In this document: positions 10,884 to 20,893 of the stretch, one piece after another | How the letters are laid out: each line of letters opens with the position of its first letter | Position numbering within the stretch: the first letter of the stretch is position 1 | DNA from: an uncultured Verrucomicrobiales bacterium | GTDB lineage: Bacteria; Verrucomicrobiota; Verrucomicrobiia; Verrucomicrobiales; DEV007 | DNA: 64,000 bases | Assembly (NCBI GenBank): GCA_938091905.1 | Contig: CALKOM010000001.1 | Span: 32,001-96,000, forward strand | Reading direction: 5' to 3' | The notes under the pieces: model-generated | What the model saw: the letters and a program-made list of their open reading frames with translations, nothing else | What the model was told of the DNA's origin: nothing | Databases searched by the model: none | Program-made: the position numbers and the translations under genes

Positions 10884-11012
10884 CTCCTAAGAAACGATCA
10901 TCATCGCCCTATGGGGGCAATTGCTATCGTACGATTCTACTTGGCTGGGAAGTTAGATTCAGGAAGTCAGGCGTTGAAGTCTGTTGGAGCTATCCAAGAT
11001 TGGCGTATCGCA

Positions 11013-11759
11013 ATGCATGGAAAGAGGATGTCGTGGTGGCTGTGGCCGAATGTGCTCAGCTTGGATGCGCCAATCGTCGCCCTGGTTTGGCATCTGGCGT
11101 TCGCCCGGACGTATGAGGTGCCAGTGGGTGAGGTTGAGGCGGCTTTGCTAGGGTTGGCGGTTTGGGTGATCTATGTGGCGGATCGCTTGCTCGATACCGC
11201 CCGGGCGAATGACTCAGAGGAAACGGCGCGCCACGCCTTTCATGGGCGGCATCGGCCTGCCTTTCTAGTGGGGATACTCGTGGCCTTGGTGGTTGCTGCC
11301 GTTTTGGCGATTCAATTGGAACGGCTGCTGCTGATCTTTGGAGCGCTGATGACCAGCCTAAGCGTGGTGTATGGGTGGCTGGTGCATCGACGGGTGGTAC
11401 GTGTCCCGAAAGAAGCCTTGTGTGGTGCGGTATTCAGTGTGGGTGTGCTGGGATCATTGTTTGTCGATCCTGTGCCTTGGGTATCGATGGCGCTCTTTGC
11501 CGCGGTCTGTACAGCGAATTGTGTGGTGATTTCCTTCGTCGAGGGAGAGATTTCGGAAAGTTGTCGGCGTTGGCTTGGATTGGTCTTGTTAGTTTTGGCA
11601 ACGATGAGTGTCATGTTTGGCGGTGTGATTCATTTAGCGATGGCGACTTCGTTCCTAGGACTCCTGGTGCTTCATGTGGCTCGGCTGCCCAAGGAAGCCA
11701 CACGGGTCTTGGCGGATGTGGTGTTGCTAACGCCTTTGTTGGCTTGGTCTTGGTTATGA
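11013..11759 (+). CDS. Multi-pass membrane protein, UbiA prenyltransferase-like
   Basis: About 8 hydrophobic segments; IYVADRLLD Asp-containing motif; start taken at ATG 11013 (alternative 11028). Confidence 0.6.
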   Translation: MHGKRMSWWLWPNVLSLDAPIVALVWHLAFARTYEVPVGEVEAALLGLAVWVIYVADRLLDTARANDSEETARHAFHGRHRPAFLVGILVALVVAAVLAIQLERLLLIFGALMTSLSVVYGWLVHRRVVRVPKEALCGAVFSVGVLGSLFVDPVPWVSMALFAAVCTANCVVISFVEGEISESCRRWLGLVLLVLATMSVMFGGVIHLAMATSFLGLLVLHVARLPKEATRVLADVVLLTPLLAWSWL

Positions 11760-12370
11760 GCTATGACGTCCTTGCCCCTTTCTACGCTACGCTGGAGAGG
11801 CTGACCTTTGGGCGTGCTTTGCAACGGGCGCGTTGTGCTCCATTGCAGACGAACGTAGCTCCCTCTACCGTGTTGGTGCTTGGTGATGGTGATGGTCGGT
11901 TTCTTGAACTAGCGGTGGGGGCGTGGCCAGGAGCGACCTTTGTGGTGGTGGATCAAAGTGCTGCCATGCTGGCATTGGCCAAGAAGCGCGCTGAGGGATG
12001 CTGCATGCGTTTCGTGCAGGCCGATGTGCGCGACGGTTTAAGAGCTTTAGGTGATCACTGCTTTGATGTGGTGGTGAGTCATTTCTTCATGGATTGTTTT
12101 ACCGAGTCGACGCTAAAGCGTTTGGTGTCGGAGGTGGCTGATCAGATGAGCCCGGAAGGATGCTGGTTTGTTAGCGAATTTGCTGCAAAGGCTTGGTGGC
12201 ATCGGTTCTTGCTTAGGCTGATGTATCATTTCTTCCACAACCTGACAGAAACGGAGGCAGGGAGCTTTCCGAAATACGGCGAGGTGCTGTCGCGGGCGGG
12301 ATTCTCTGCCGAGCGTTTGGGCATGTGGCGAGCGGGCTTTGTGGTGGCGGATGTTTGGCATCGAGAGTAA
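11756..12370 (+). CDS. Class I SAM-dependent methyltransferase
   Basis: VLVLGDGDGRF, VVDQSAAML, HFFMDCF; ATGA overlap with upstream stop supports start at 11756. Confidence 0.85.
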   Translation: MSYDVLAPFYATLERLTFGRALQRARCAPLQTNVAPSTVLVLGDGDGRFLELAVGAWPGATFVVVDQSAAMLALAKKRAEGCCMRFVQADVRDGLRALGDHCFDVVVSHFFMDCFTESTLKRLVSEVADQMSPEGCWFVSEFAAKAWWHRFLLRLMYHFFHNLTETEAGSFPKYGEVLSRAGFSAERLGMWRAGFVVADVWHRE

Positions 12371-12451
12371 AGCTTAATCTAAGGAAGGTTTTACAACACT
12401 TTGAGCTTGATGAGCTATCTTTGCAGCGGTACATTCGCTATCTAGTTAGCT

Positions 12452-13006
12452 ATGAAAACGAATCTATCCCGGAGGGTTGGAAGAGCGTTCACGCTCTTGG
12501 AGCTGCTTGTTGTCATGAGCATTATCGCCATCCTAGCTGCGGCTGGCCTGAAGGGCATGGGGGCTGCCAAGGAGTTCGCCCGACGAGCGCACGCGCACAC
12601 GGATTGCCTAAATCTCCAGGCTGCCCTGGATGACTATTTGTTGGATCATTCCTCGTTTCCGTCGGCCTGGTCTGGCCTTCTGGAGACGGAAGGGGACTTT
12701 CTCAACACGCTGATGGGCGAGAAGAATGAGCACAACCGTGCCTCCACGACCTACTTCAACACGCGTCAGGTGAACAATCATCCGAAGGCTCATGGGTATA
12801 TCGTGATCCTGAATCAGTTCAATGATCCCTGGGGCAAGCCTTACCAGATTCGGGTTGATCAGGCATTCGAAGGAGCGGTTCCTTTGCCCAGAGCCTATCA
12901 TGGTCACCTAGGCAGCGAGTTGCTAGGCATGGAGGTGTTCGTTCATTCGGCTGGGCGCGATGGCGATTTCTCGACAATCAAAGATAACATCACGAGTGTC
13001 GACTAG
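12452..13006 (+). CDS. Prepilin-type N-terminal cleavage/methylation protein (GspG-like pseudopilin)
   Basis: RAFTLLELLVVMSIIAILAA leader; DPWGKPY and SAGRDG motifs. Confidence 0.85.
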   Translation: MKTNLSRRVGRAFTLLELLVVMSIIAILAAAGLKGMGAAKEFARRAHAHTDCLNLQAALDDYLLDHSSFPSAWSGLLETEGDFLNTLMGEKNEHNRASTTYFNTRQVNNHPKAHGYIVILNQFNDPWGKPYQIRVDQAFEGAVPLPRAYHGHLGSELLGMEVFVHSAGRDGDFSTIKDNITSVD

Positions 13007-13033
13007 AGGGCGATTGGAGTGTTGCCACGATTG

Positions 13034-13062
13034 CGGAATCCTCACATGGTGGGAGGATTCCG
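13034..13062 (+). promoter_or_regulatory. 10-bp perfect hairpin overlapping the Shine-Dalgarno of the DUF819 gene
   Basis: CGGAATCCTC (13034-13043) pairs with GAGGATTCCG (13053-13062); GGAGG at 13052-13056; ATG at 13066. Confidence 0.45.
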
Positions 13063-13065
13063 GCC

Positions 13066-14301
13066 ATGCCTTACTTTACAAATGATGCCATCGTCCTTGG
13101 TTGGTTGCTTCTTTGTCTAACAGGCGTCTTTGTCACTTCGTCGAGTATGCATCAGTTCTGGCGACGGTTCTACAGTATCTTTCCGCCTCTGCTAGTATGT
13201 TACTTTCTCCCGGCCTTGCTTCACTGGCCACTGGGCCTGGTTTCGGGTGACCAGTCGCAGCTCTACTTTGTGGCCTCGCGCTACCTCTTGCCGGCAAGTT
13301 TAGTTTTGCTCTGTCTGAGTGTGAACTTTCGAGGTCTTGTTAGGTTGGGACCCAAGGCGGTCATCATGTTTCTAACGGCGACCGCTGGAATCATCTTGGG
13401 CGGGCCTATTGCTCTGATGCTGATTAGTAGCATCGCCCCCGATTGGTTGGGTGCGAACCCGACGGAAGTGTGGCGTGGCCTGTCGACCGTGGCGGGGAGT
13501 TGGATTGGTGGGGGTGCGAATCAGACGGCGATGAAGGAGATATACGGCGTGGGCGATTCGCTCTTCGCGACGATGATCATCATTGATGTGGTGGTAGCGA
13601 ATATGTGGATGGCCTTTCTGCTTATGGGTGCGAAACACCAGCGGAAAGTAGATCGGTGGATGAAGGCCGATAGTTCTGCCATTGAGGAACTCAAGACGAA
13701 GGCTGCTGCGTTTCAGGCTCGCGTCAGTCGGATTCCTGAGGCCAAGGACTTGCTCATCTTGCTGACGGTGGCGTTTGTGGCGACGGGCCTTGCGCACTGG
13801 GGTGGCAGCAATTTAGCGGCTTGGTTCCAGGTTAATACGCCTGGGAGCAACTCCTTTCAATCGAGCTTCTTCTGGCTCATTGTCATCGCGACAGCCATTG
13901 GACTAGCGCTGTCCTTTACGCCAATGCGCTCACTCGAAGGCGTGGGCGCTTCGAAGATTGCCTCGATCTTCATCTACATCCTCGTGGCGGCGATTGGAAT
14001 GAAGATGAATTTGAGTGAAGTCGCAAATAACCTTGGCCTCTTTGCGGTGGGGCTTGTTTGGATGCTGGTCCATGTCGTGCTCCTGCTAGCTGTGGCAAAG
14101 ATTACACGGTCACCCTTCTTCTTTGTTGCGGTCGGTAGCCAGGCAAATGTTGGCGGGGCGGCGTCGGCACCCGTGGTGGCCTCCGCGTTTCATCCAGCAC
14201 TGGCGCCTGTGGGTGGCATCATGGCGGTGTGGGGCTATGTGTTAGGAACCTATGGCGCTCTCTTCTGCGCCTATCTCATGCGTGTCGTTACAGGGTCATA
14301 G
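13066..14301 (+). CDS. DUF819 family membrane protein (putative transporter)
   Basis: GSWIGGGANQTAM and SQANVGGAASAPVVASAF motifs; many TM segments. Confidence 0.85.
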   Translation: MPYFTNDAIVLGWLLLCLTGVFVTSSSMHQFWRRFYSIFPPLLVCYFLPALLHWPLGLVSGDQSQLYFVASRYLLPASLVLLCLSVNFRGLVRLGPKAVIMFLTATAGIILGGPIALMLISSIAPDWLGANPTEVWRGLSTVAGSWIGGGANQTAMKEIYGVGDSLFATMIIIDVVVANMWMAFLLMGAKHQRKVDRWMKADSSAIEELKTKAAAFQARVSRIPEAKDLLILLTVAFVATGLAHWGGSNLAAWFQVNTPGSNSFQSSFFWLIVIATAIGLALSFTPMRSLEGVGASKIASIFIYILVAAIGMKMNLSEVANNLGLFAVGLVWMLVHVVLLLAVAKITRSPFFFVAVGSQANVGGAASAPVVASAFHPALAPVGGIMAVWGYVLGTYGALFCAYLMRVVTGS

Positions 14302-14309
14302 TGGAGATG

Positions 14310-15002
14310 TTAGCCTTTGAAATGTTTCAAGAGGTCGGGATCCTCGGCCAAGTCCTTGAGAACGCCGTTGGAGGCGTAGTGATCAAGGAGATAGCCTCCG
14401 GTGTAGACCTGTACGAGGAAACCCGTGATCTTCATGCTGCTTTCCCAGGCCTTGCCATTGCTGAGCTTGGAGGCACGAACTTCGTGCGTAAGAAACTTCA
14501 GTCCCTTGAGGGCCTTGACATTTACCCTCGTCATCTTGGGCTCGAGGGGAAGGAGGTCGGTTGGCTTGGAGGCGAGGATCTTGCTGCTCTTAGGTGGTGA
14601 GGTGTAGAAGACCCAGAGGACTTCGAGTTCCAAGTCTTCCTTGTGCCGATTGGACAAGGTGATTTCTGCACCGAGTCGCCGGGTCTCGCTGCTATCTGAC
14701 CGCACGGCTCTGACGCTGACCTTAGGCAGGTTCCCTTTGGCTAACTTGGTGTTGTTTTCCAAGTCTGGAAAATCCATGACGTAGTTTTGATCTATAGGCG
14801 AGAGTTTGGCTCTCTTGATGGACTTTATTTTTCCTGCCACATCTCTGATTTTCACGTCTATCTTTGTGTAGGCAACGAGTGTGCCTTCTAGTTCATGACC
14901 AGTCGTTGCCGTCCAGGTGCGGGTTTCCTGTGCGAGGAGAAGCGACGGAAGCGTGCTCAACAAGAAGGCTGTGATTCCTAACAAACTGCGTAGAATGTCC
15001 AT
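14310..15002 (-). CDS. Secreted SHD1-like domain protein
   Basis: Signal peptide then RTWTATTGHELEG...KLSPIDQNYV, typical of PVC SHD1 domains; start taken at ATG 15002. Confidence 0.65.
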   Translation of the reverse strand: MDILRSLLGITAFLLSTLPSLLLAQETRTWTATTGHELEGTLVAYTKIDVKIRDVAGKIKSIKRAKLSPIDQNYVMDFPDLENNTKLAKGNLPKVSVRAVRSDSSETRRLGAEITLSNRHKEDLELEVLWVFYTSPPKSSKILASKPTDLLPLEPKMTRVNVKALKGLKFLTHEVRASKLSNGKAWESSMKITGFLVQVYTGGYLLDHYASNGVLKDLAEDPDLLKHFKG

Positions 15003-15236
15003 GAGGAGAGGAATGTCTGCGTGGGCTGGTGAGCTAGCAAGGAAATAGAACAACTCGGTGCTCTACTTCTTCAAGAGATTGGGACTCTCATGCCGACTTT
15101 GCTACGGATGCCGTAGCCCTTGCGCGGGCTTCGTCAATTTTTGAAGGTGAGCCCATCCACAGAAGAGATTGGCTTCCTTCGGAACACGGGCATGGCAGTT
15201 GAGAGGTTCACCCTAGAGTATTGCCGATCGACAGCT

Positions 15237-15689
15237 TTAGACATTGTCAGGCAAATGGCCACTGAGCGTGACCTGAGCGGTCACAAGTTGACGCGTGTCG
15301 CAGGTGACCTCGCCTTCAATCTGGATGAGGTTTCCCAAGCGTCCGGCAACACGGACACTGATGTCGAGGCGTTCGCTGGGGACAGCCGTTCCCATGACTT
15401 TCACATTCCTCATGGCGGTTAGTCGAACATCGTCCAGCGTCGGTTGACTTGGATCAGACTGGGCGACGACTCCCCCGAGTTGTGCGAGCGCTTCCACCAT
15501 GATGACGGCAGGGAGCATGGGGCGACCTGGAAAATGGCCACGGAGGAATTCTGCATCTTCTCGAACGGTGTAGTGAGCGATGCCGCTCAGACCCGGGTCC
15601 AAGGCGCTGAGTTCGTCCACGAACCGAAATTCGTCACCGTGCGGGAGGCTCTTGAGCGATTGAAGAAGGGCGTCTTGAGTGGCAGCCAT
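15237..15689 (-). CDS. 3-hydroxyacyl-ACP dehydratase (FabZ/FabA hot-dog family)
   Basis: LPHGDEFRFVD and GHFPGRPMLPAVIMVEALAQ motifs. Confidence 0.85.
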   Translation of the reverse strand: MAATQDALLQSLKSLPHGDEFRFVDELSALDPGLSGIAHYTVREDAEFLRGHFPGRPMLPAVIMVEALAQLGGVVAQSDPSQPTLDDVRLTAMRNVKVMGTAVPSERLDISVRVAGRLGNLIQIEGEVTCDTRQLVTAQVTLSGHLPDNV

Positions 15690-15728
15690 TTTAAACCCTC
15701 TATGGGGAGGGAGCCGACGCAAGTCCTA

Positions 15729-16697
15729 TCAGGGAACCTTCTTTGGGACTTTCCCTGAAGACAGTGTTAACGTGCTCTTGAAAGGAGCCGTCTCGCCTTC
15801 TGCTGTTCCAGGAAGACCAAGACTATGCAGCGTGCCGTCCAATCTGACAACGGAGCTGACGATTTGTCTCTGCTCGAGATCCACCAAGGTCAGACCGCGT
15901 ATCTTGGACAGCTTGATGGCGAGGCCTGGGCTGTCTTCGACTGTTTCATCCTCATGGAGTGTCATTTCCAGATGACCCTTCAGTTTCACCAAAGCAAGTC
16001 GCTTACCATTGTGCACCTTAAAGCCCGAGAAGTTTCCTGTCATGTCCCAGCTTGCTTGGCCATGGGTAGGAATGAGCATGGTGTCAACGATATTCCATTT
16101 GCTTCCCGTGGGAACAGGTTCGGGCGGAAAGCCTTGGTGGAGCAAGGTTTGTGTTAGTTTGTCTAAGGGGAGTCGTGCTAACGCTGTTTCGGTCTTCGTC
16201 GGAATCTGTTTGACTTTGCCGGTATCCTTCTTGAGTAAGCGCACTCGATGCCTGCCATCTTTTGTTCTCGTCAATTGGTAGCGATGACGCACCAATTGTT
16301 CTGTGTGTTGCAACAGGGTGCCTTGAATGCCCTGACGATCTTGAAATCTTAGTGGAATGATAGGATCAAAGTAGTAGCGGCTGCGATCCCCGCCCACCTT
16401 GAGATCCAAACGGACCTGATCGCTACAAATTTCCCAGCCCAGGTCCCCAGCGGGGATGAGGTGAAAATGTTGGCGCCATTCAAGCGTTTGTTTCCCGAGG
16501 CCTGCCACCGTGGCGACTGCTTCAAAGCGTTGAGTCCAATGATAGCATTCTCCGTCTTTCCAGTCGGGCCTCAAGAAGTAAGTAGGTTCTTCCTCTACCA
16601 CCACTGGAGCAGAGATAATCTCCTCTTGGGCGCATATGGACAGCGCCCAAGCCAGGTAGCCAAAGCAGCCAGTGAGAAAGGGGCTAGGAACGGTCAT
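15729..16697 (-). CDS. Hypothetical exported beta-rich protein
   Basis: Long ORF with signal-like N-terminus and FPPEPVPTGSKW motif; start uncertain (ORF opens at 16760). Confidence 0.6.
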   Translation of the reverse strand: MTVPSPFLTGCFGYLAWALSICAQEEIISAPVVVEEEPTYFLRPDWKDGECYHWTQRFEAVATVAGLGKQTLEWRQHFHLIPAGDLGWEICSDQVRLDLKVGGDRSRYYFDPIIPLRFQDRQGIQGTLLQHTEQLVRHRYQLTRTKDGRHRVRLLKKDTGKVKQIPTKTETALARLPLDKLTQTLLHQGFPPEPVPTGSKWNIVDTMLIPTHGQASWDMTGNFSGFKVHNGKRLALVKLKGHLEMTLHEDETVEDSPGLAIKLSKIRGLTLVDLEQRQIVSSVVRLDGTLHSLGLPGTAEGETAPFKSTLTLSSGKVPKKVP

Positions 16698-16808
16698 TAC
16701 GAACGACGCCGAGGTTCCCATAGGGGGAGCACTGCAACAAGGCAATTCGGTAAGAGACATGTGTTTCTAGGCTGGCAAATCCATACGAGTGTGGGACGGT
16801 GATCTTTC

Positions 16809-17693
16809 ATGAAAGGACTCGCACTTATGGCCACTACTGTCTTGCTGGGTACTCAATTTGTCGCCGCGCAGAAGATTGATTCTAAGGACCTGTTAACATT
16901 TGCAAAGCATACCCTAGACTTTGCCCAAGTTGATGGGCATACGCTCAAGCTTGATCTCTACCTTCCCAAGAATCGTGTGAAGTCACCACTGATAGTTTAT
17001 GTGCATGGTGGAGCGTGGCGTGCTGGGAGTCGAGAGGGCCTGCCACTGTTGGAGCTGTTGAATCATGGATGGGTGATTGCTAGTGTCGACTACCGGCTGT
17101 CTGGGGATGCGAAGTTTCCAGCGCAGGTTCATGATATCAAAGCAGCGATTCGTTTCTTGCGTGCCAAAGAAAGTGCCTATGGCTACGATGCGAAGTCCAT
17201 TGCCATTACCGGGTCGTCTGCGGGCGGTCATCTTGCTGCGTTGGTCGGTGTCAGCAATGGGCATGAGGCTTTGGAAGGAGACATCGGTGACCATTCAGAT
17301 GTCAATAGCTCAGTGCAAGCTATCGTTAGTTTCTATGGGGCTTCGAATTTATCGACAATACTGAGTCAGTCGACGCCGCATGGTTTGAGCGTACGTGTGC
17401 CTGCGCTCGATCTCTTGCTCGGTGGTTCACCCGAAGCCGAACCGGAATTAGCACAACTTGCTAGCCCAGTTGTTCATGTGGATGCCAAGGATCCGCCGCT
17501 CTTGCTCCTTCATGGCGATCAGGACCTTCAGATGCCGATTAACCAGTCTCACGAGCTTGAAGGTGCCTATAAGAAAGCCGGGGCACCTGTTCGCTTTGAA
17601 ATCGTGCATGGCGGGGCTCACGGGGGTGAGCACTTCTACACTTCAGATCAGCTAGAAGGTGTTTCAGCTTTCCTCAGAGAGACTTCTCAATGA
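16809..17693 (+). CDS. Secreted alpha/beta hydrolase (esterase/lipase, BD-FAE-like)
   Basis: HGGAW oxyanion motif, GSSAGG nucleophile elbow, HGDQD, GAHG. Confidence 0.9.
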   Translation: MKGLALMATTVLLGTQFVAAQKIDSKDLLTFAKHTLDFAQVDGHTLKLDLYLPKNRVKSPLIVYVHGGAWRAGSREGLPLLELLNHGWVIASVDYRLSGDAKFPAQVHDIKAAIRFLRAKESAYGYDAKSIAITGSSAGGHLAALVGVSNGHEALEGDIGDHSDVNSSVQAIVSFYGASNLSTILSQSTPHGLSVRVPALDLLLGGSPEAEPELAQLASPVVHVDAKDPPLLLLHGDQDLQMPINQSHELEGAYKKAGAPVRFEIVHGGAHGGEHFYTSDQLEGVSAFLRETSQ

Positions 17694-17792
17694 CTTGGGA
17701 CGCCGTTTCTTGTGAAAAGATGGCTGTATTAGACCTTGTGCGTTTCTGAGATTCCGCTCGACGATGGTCTTGCCTGGGGCAGGATGCTGGCG

Positions 17793-18210
17793 ATGAAGTC
17801 CTCGTTTGAATACCTGGTGACGGGATAGGTGTGGATGTCACGGCGGAGGCTGTGCGCGTCTTGGACGCCGTTGTTGCTGGTAACGACGCGGTCTCACTTA
17901 CCTATCGCGAAGTTTCGGTCTGTGCAGGCGAGTTTCTCCGTAGTGGCGACCCTCTTCCGGAATCAGCGTTCAACGCTTGTCGAGAGGCGGATGCCTTCTT
18001 GTTTGGTGCCATGGGGCTTCCCAGCGTCCGCTGGCCAGACGGTCGAGAAATGACTCCCCAGATAGATCTTCGGGAGCGCCTGGATCTGTACGCAGGCCTG
18101 CGTCCGATCTATCTCTACGCGGCAGAAGATTCTCCCTTGAAGAAACATCAAGCGGGCGACATCGGCTTCCTGTTAGTTCGTGAAAACACCGAGGGCCTCT
18201 TTGCTGCCTG
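17793..18210 (+). pseudogene. 5' fragment of an isocitrate/isopropylmalate/tartrate dehydrogenase family gene
   Basis: IPGDGIGVDV begins at 17810, right after an in-frame TGA and out of frame with ATG 17793; LRERLDLYAGLRP and VRENTEGLF present, then similarity ends near 18208. Confidence 0.8.
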
Positions 18211-18228
18211 TCTCAATGCGACACGCCT

Positions 18229-19140
18229 GTCGAAGGAGGCCAGTGGACGCTGGCTTCGGAGACCCCATTCGCCAAGGGCGCTGTCTTTGGCTTTCGAAAC
18301 TCACATTTGCCCAAATGGGTCGAGGAGAAGACTGCTGGAAAGTGCCTAGCCAGTAACGTAGGCTCGATCGATCTGCCAACCATTCGGCGTGGGCCTGAGG
18401 CGGTAGCTGAACAACTTACTACCTTTGCTCCGGGATCAGTTGGCGTTGTCAATGAACTGAACATGAGCGACATGGAGGTCGTGGTGGCGGCCATTCTGGA
18501 TGCGGAAGCCCAAGGCCAGCGGTTCCTTTATCGCACGGCAGCTTCATTCGTACGAGCCCGAGCAGGGCTACCCAAGAAGCCGTGGCTGGAAGGAGAAGAG
18601 TTGGTGTCGGCAGGTGGGCAAACGGGAGGTCTGGTTGTTGTGGGTTCTTACGTGCCGAAGACGACTCAGCAGTTGGATGTACTCCCAGATTCTAAGGTCT
18701 TGACCCCTGTTGAAATCGATGTGGCCGCTCTACTAGAAGTTGAGTTGCTTGATGCCCTGTTCGCTGAGCTGAACGAACGTCTGGCCAGGGGGGAATCCTG
18801 CGTTGTTTACACGAGTCGCAAGTTGATCACGGGAGAGTCCGATGCCGAGAATCTCAGCATCGGCCAGAAAGTTTCGCAAACGTTAGTTAATCTTGTGAAG
18901 CAGCTCCCACAAGCGCCACGCTACCTGGTGGCGAAGGGGGGAATCACCTCAAGCGACCTTGCTACGAAAGCGCTTGGCATGTGCGGTGCGATCGTCAGAG
19001 GGCAGATCTTGCCGGGCATTCCAGTCTGGCAGCCTGATGAGAAGACGCTCTTCCCAGGATTGCCTTACGTCGTCTTCCCAGGGAATGTTGGCAGTGATAC
19101 TGCTTTGTTAGAAGCCGTTCGCAAACTGGACCATGAGTAA
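18229..19140 (+). pseudogene. 5'-truncated four-carbon acid sugar kinase (DUF1537 family)
   Basis: Frame reads VEGGQWTLASETPFAK...; VGSYVPKTT, AKGGITSSD, VFPGNVG motifs present; N-terminal part of the substrate-binding domain missing. Confidence 0.8.
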
Positions 19141-20196
19141 GAAACTGAAAGGAATGTGCGTGGGACCCGGTTACTTCAGCCGTTTCCAATACGAAGCCTG
19201 GGCTCGGATCCCAGAGGTTGACATTGTCGCGATCTGCAATCGCTCTGCAGAGAAAGCCCAGGAGATCGCCGATGAGCATGGCGTCCCGCGGGTGTCCTCG
19301 GTGACAGACTTTGAGAAGGTCCTTACCGAAGAGAAACCAGACTTTGTGGATATCATTACGCCGCCGGAGACGCATCTCGATCTTTGCAAGATCGCGGTGG
19401 CTCATGGGGGGATGTTATTTGCCAGAAGCCGCTGGCACCCATATACGAGGAAATGTTAGAGCTTGCGTCCTTGGCCAAGGAATCCTCAGGCCGTTTCATG
19501 GTGCATGAGAATTGGTGCTGGCAACCCTGGTATCGCGAACTCAAACGCCTGATCACCGAAGGAACGCTTGGAGAGATCTATCATTTCACCATTCAAACAC
19601 GTCTCGGGGATGGTTGGGGTGAAGATGCCTATCTTGCAAGGCAGTCGTTCTTTAGAGAGTATCCGCGGCTATTCATCTTTGAAACCGGCGTTCATTTCCT
19701 CGACACCTTTCGCTTTCTCTTTGGCGAAGTGAAATCGATCTACGCACGAACCGCACAGCGAAATCCTGTCATCAAAGGGGAAGACAGTGCACGCATCATC
19801 TGCGAAATGGAGAACGGCATCACGATCGTGCTTGATGCCAATCGCTACAACGAATGCGAAGCAGGAGATCCGCGTTACACCTTCGGCCAATATAGTATCG
19901 AAGGGAGCAAGGGCCATCTGGAGATGAACGAAGAAGGGAATATGCGCCTCAAGCTTCTTGGAGAGCCAAGTAGAGAGGACGCGTATCACCATGAGAAGTG
20001 CCAGTTTGCCGGTGATTGTGTCCATGCGCTGCAGCAGCACTTTGTGACCTCGGCGCAGAACAACACCCCCTTTTAAAGCACGCCAGAGGATTATTTGAAG
20101 AGCGTCTTGTTAGTTGAGCAAGCCTACGAGTCGGCTGCCGAGAATCGGGTGGTGACTGTAGACAACTGGACAACCGGGGTGTTACCTGGGACGTAA
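19133..20196 (+). pseudogene. Gfo/Idh/MocA oxidoreductase, frameshifted and with a premature stop
   Basis: GPGYFS Rossmann start; frameshift in G6 run (19405-19410) just before DVICQKP; TAA at 20074 followed by in-frame STPEDYLKSVLLVEQAYES to stop at 20196. Confidence 0.85.
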
Positions 20197-20209
20197 GGTT
20201 GACGACGCT

Positions 20210-20884
20210 ATGGCGACACCAATCATCCAAGCAGAAGGTTTGACCAAGGCTTTTGGCTCGAACGAGGTCTTACGCTCTGTCGACCTCGAGCTAGCCACGG
20301 GTGAGCGGGTGGCATTAATTGGACCATCCGGTTCAGGCAAGAGCACGCTCTTGAACTGCTTGGGAGGGTTGGAGCGTGTGGATGGTGGATCGCTAATCTT
20401 TGATGGTCTGGAGATGCAAGAGATGGGTGGCGATGCTCTGGCCGCCTTGCGGCGCGAGCGGCTGAGTTCGATTTTTCAGTTCTTTCACCTTTTGCCGACG
20501 CTGACGGCGGAAGAGAATGTGGCGTTTCCCTTGCGTTTGTTAGACTTGTCTTCAGAGGAACGCGACCAACGAGTCGAGGATCTGATGGATAAGGTGCAAC
20601 TCACGCCGCGAAAACATGCCTTGCCAGAACAGCTCAGTGGTGGAGAACAGCAGCGTGTGGCCATTGCGCGTGCGCTGGCCATACGGCCGAAGTTGATCCT
20701 CGCAGATGAACCTACAGGAAATCTGGATAGTGTTACGGGAGCTGCCATTCTAGAACTGATCGAGTCGTTGACTGAAGCCTACCAAACAGGGCTTGTGCTA
20801 GTAACGCATAGTCTGGAAGCGACTCGGATTTGTCACCGAACCTTGCGCATGCGTGATGGCGTCATTCTGGAGGAAGGAGTGTAG
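20210..20884 (+). CDS. ABC transporter ATP-binding protein (LolD/MacB-like)
   Basis: [33 protein letters not shown]. Confidence 0.95.
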   Translation: MATPIIQAEGLTKAFGSNEVLRSVDLELATGERVALIGPSGSGKSTLLNCLGGLERVDGGSLIFDGLEMQEMGGDALAALRRERLSSIFQFFHLLPTLTAEENVAFPLRLLDLSSEERDQRVEDLMDKVQLTPRKHALPEQLSGGEQQRVAIARALAIRPKLILADEPTGNLDSVTGAAILELIESLTEAYQTGLVLVTHSLEATRICHRTLRMRDGVILEEGV

Positions 20885-20893
20885 TTCATTTGT

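Noticed and set aside
10884..11012. LexA/SOS box upstream of uvrA
   Set aside because: No TGTTC-N4-GAACA-type or CTG-N10-CAG motif seen; only a short palindrome ATCGTACGAT, which can arise by chance.
15101..15117. Inverted repeat GCTACGG-ATG-CCGTAGC as a terminator or operator
   Set aside because: No U-tract on the relevant strand and only one copy, so no function can be supported.
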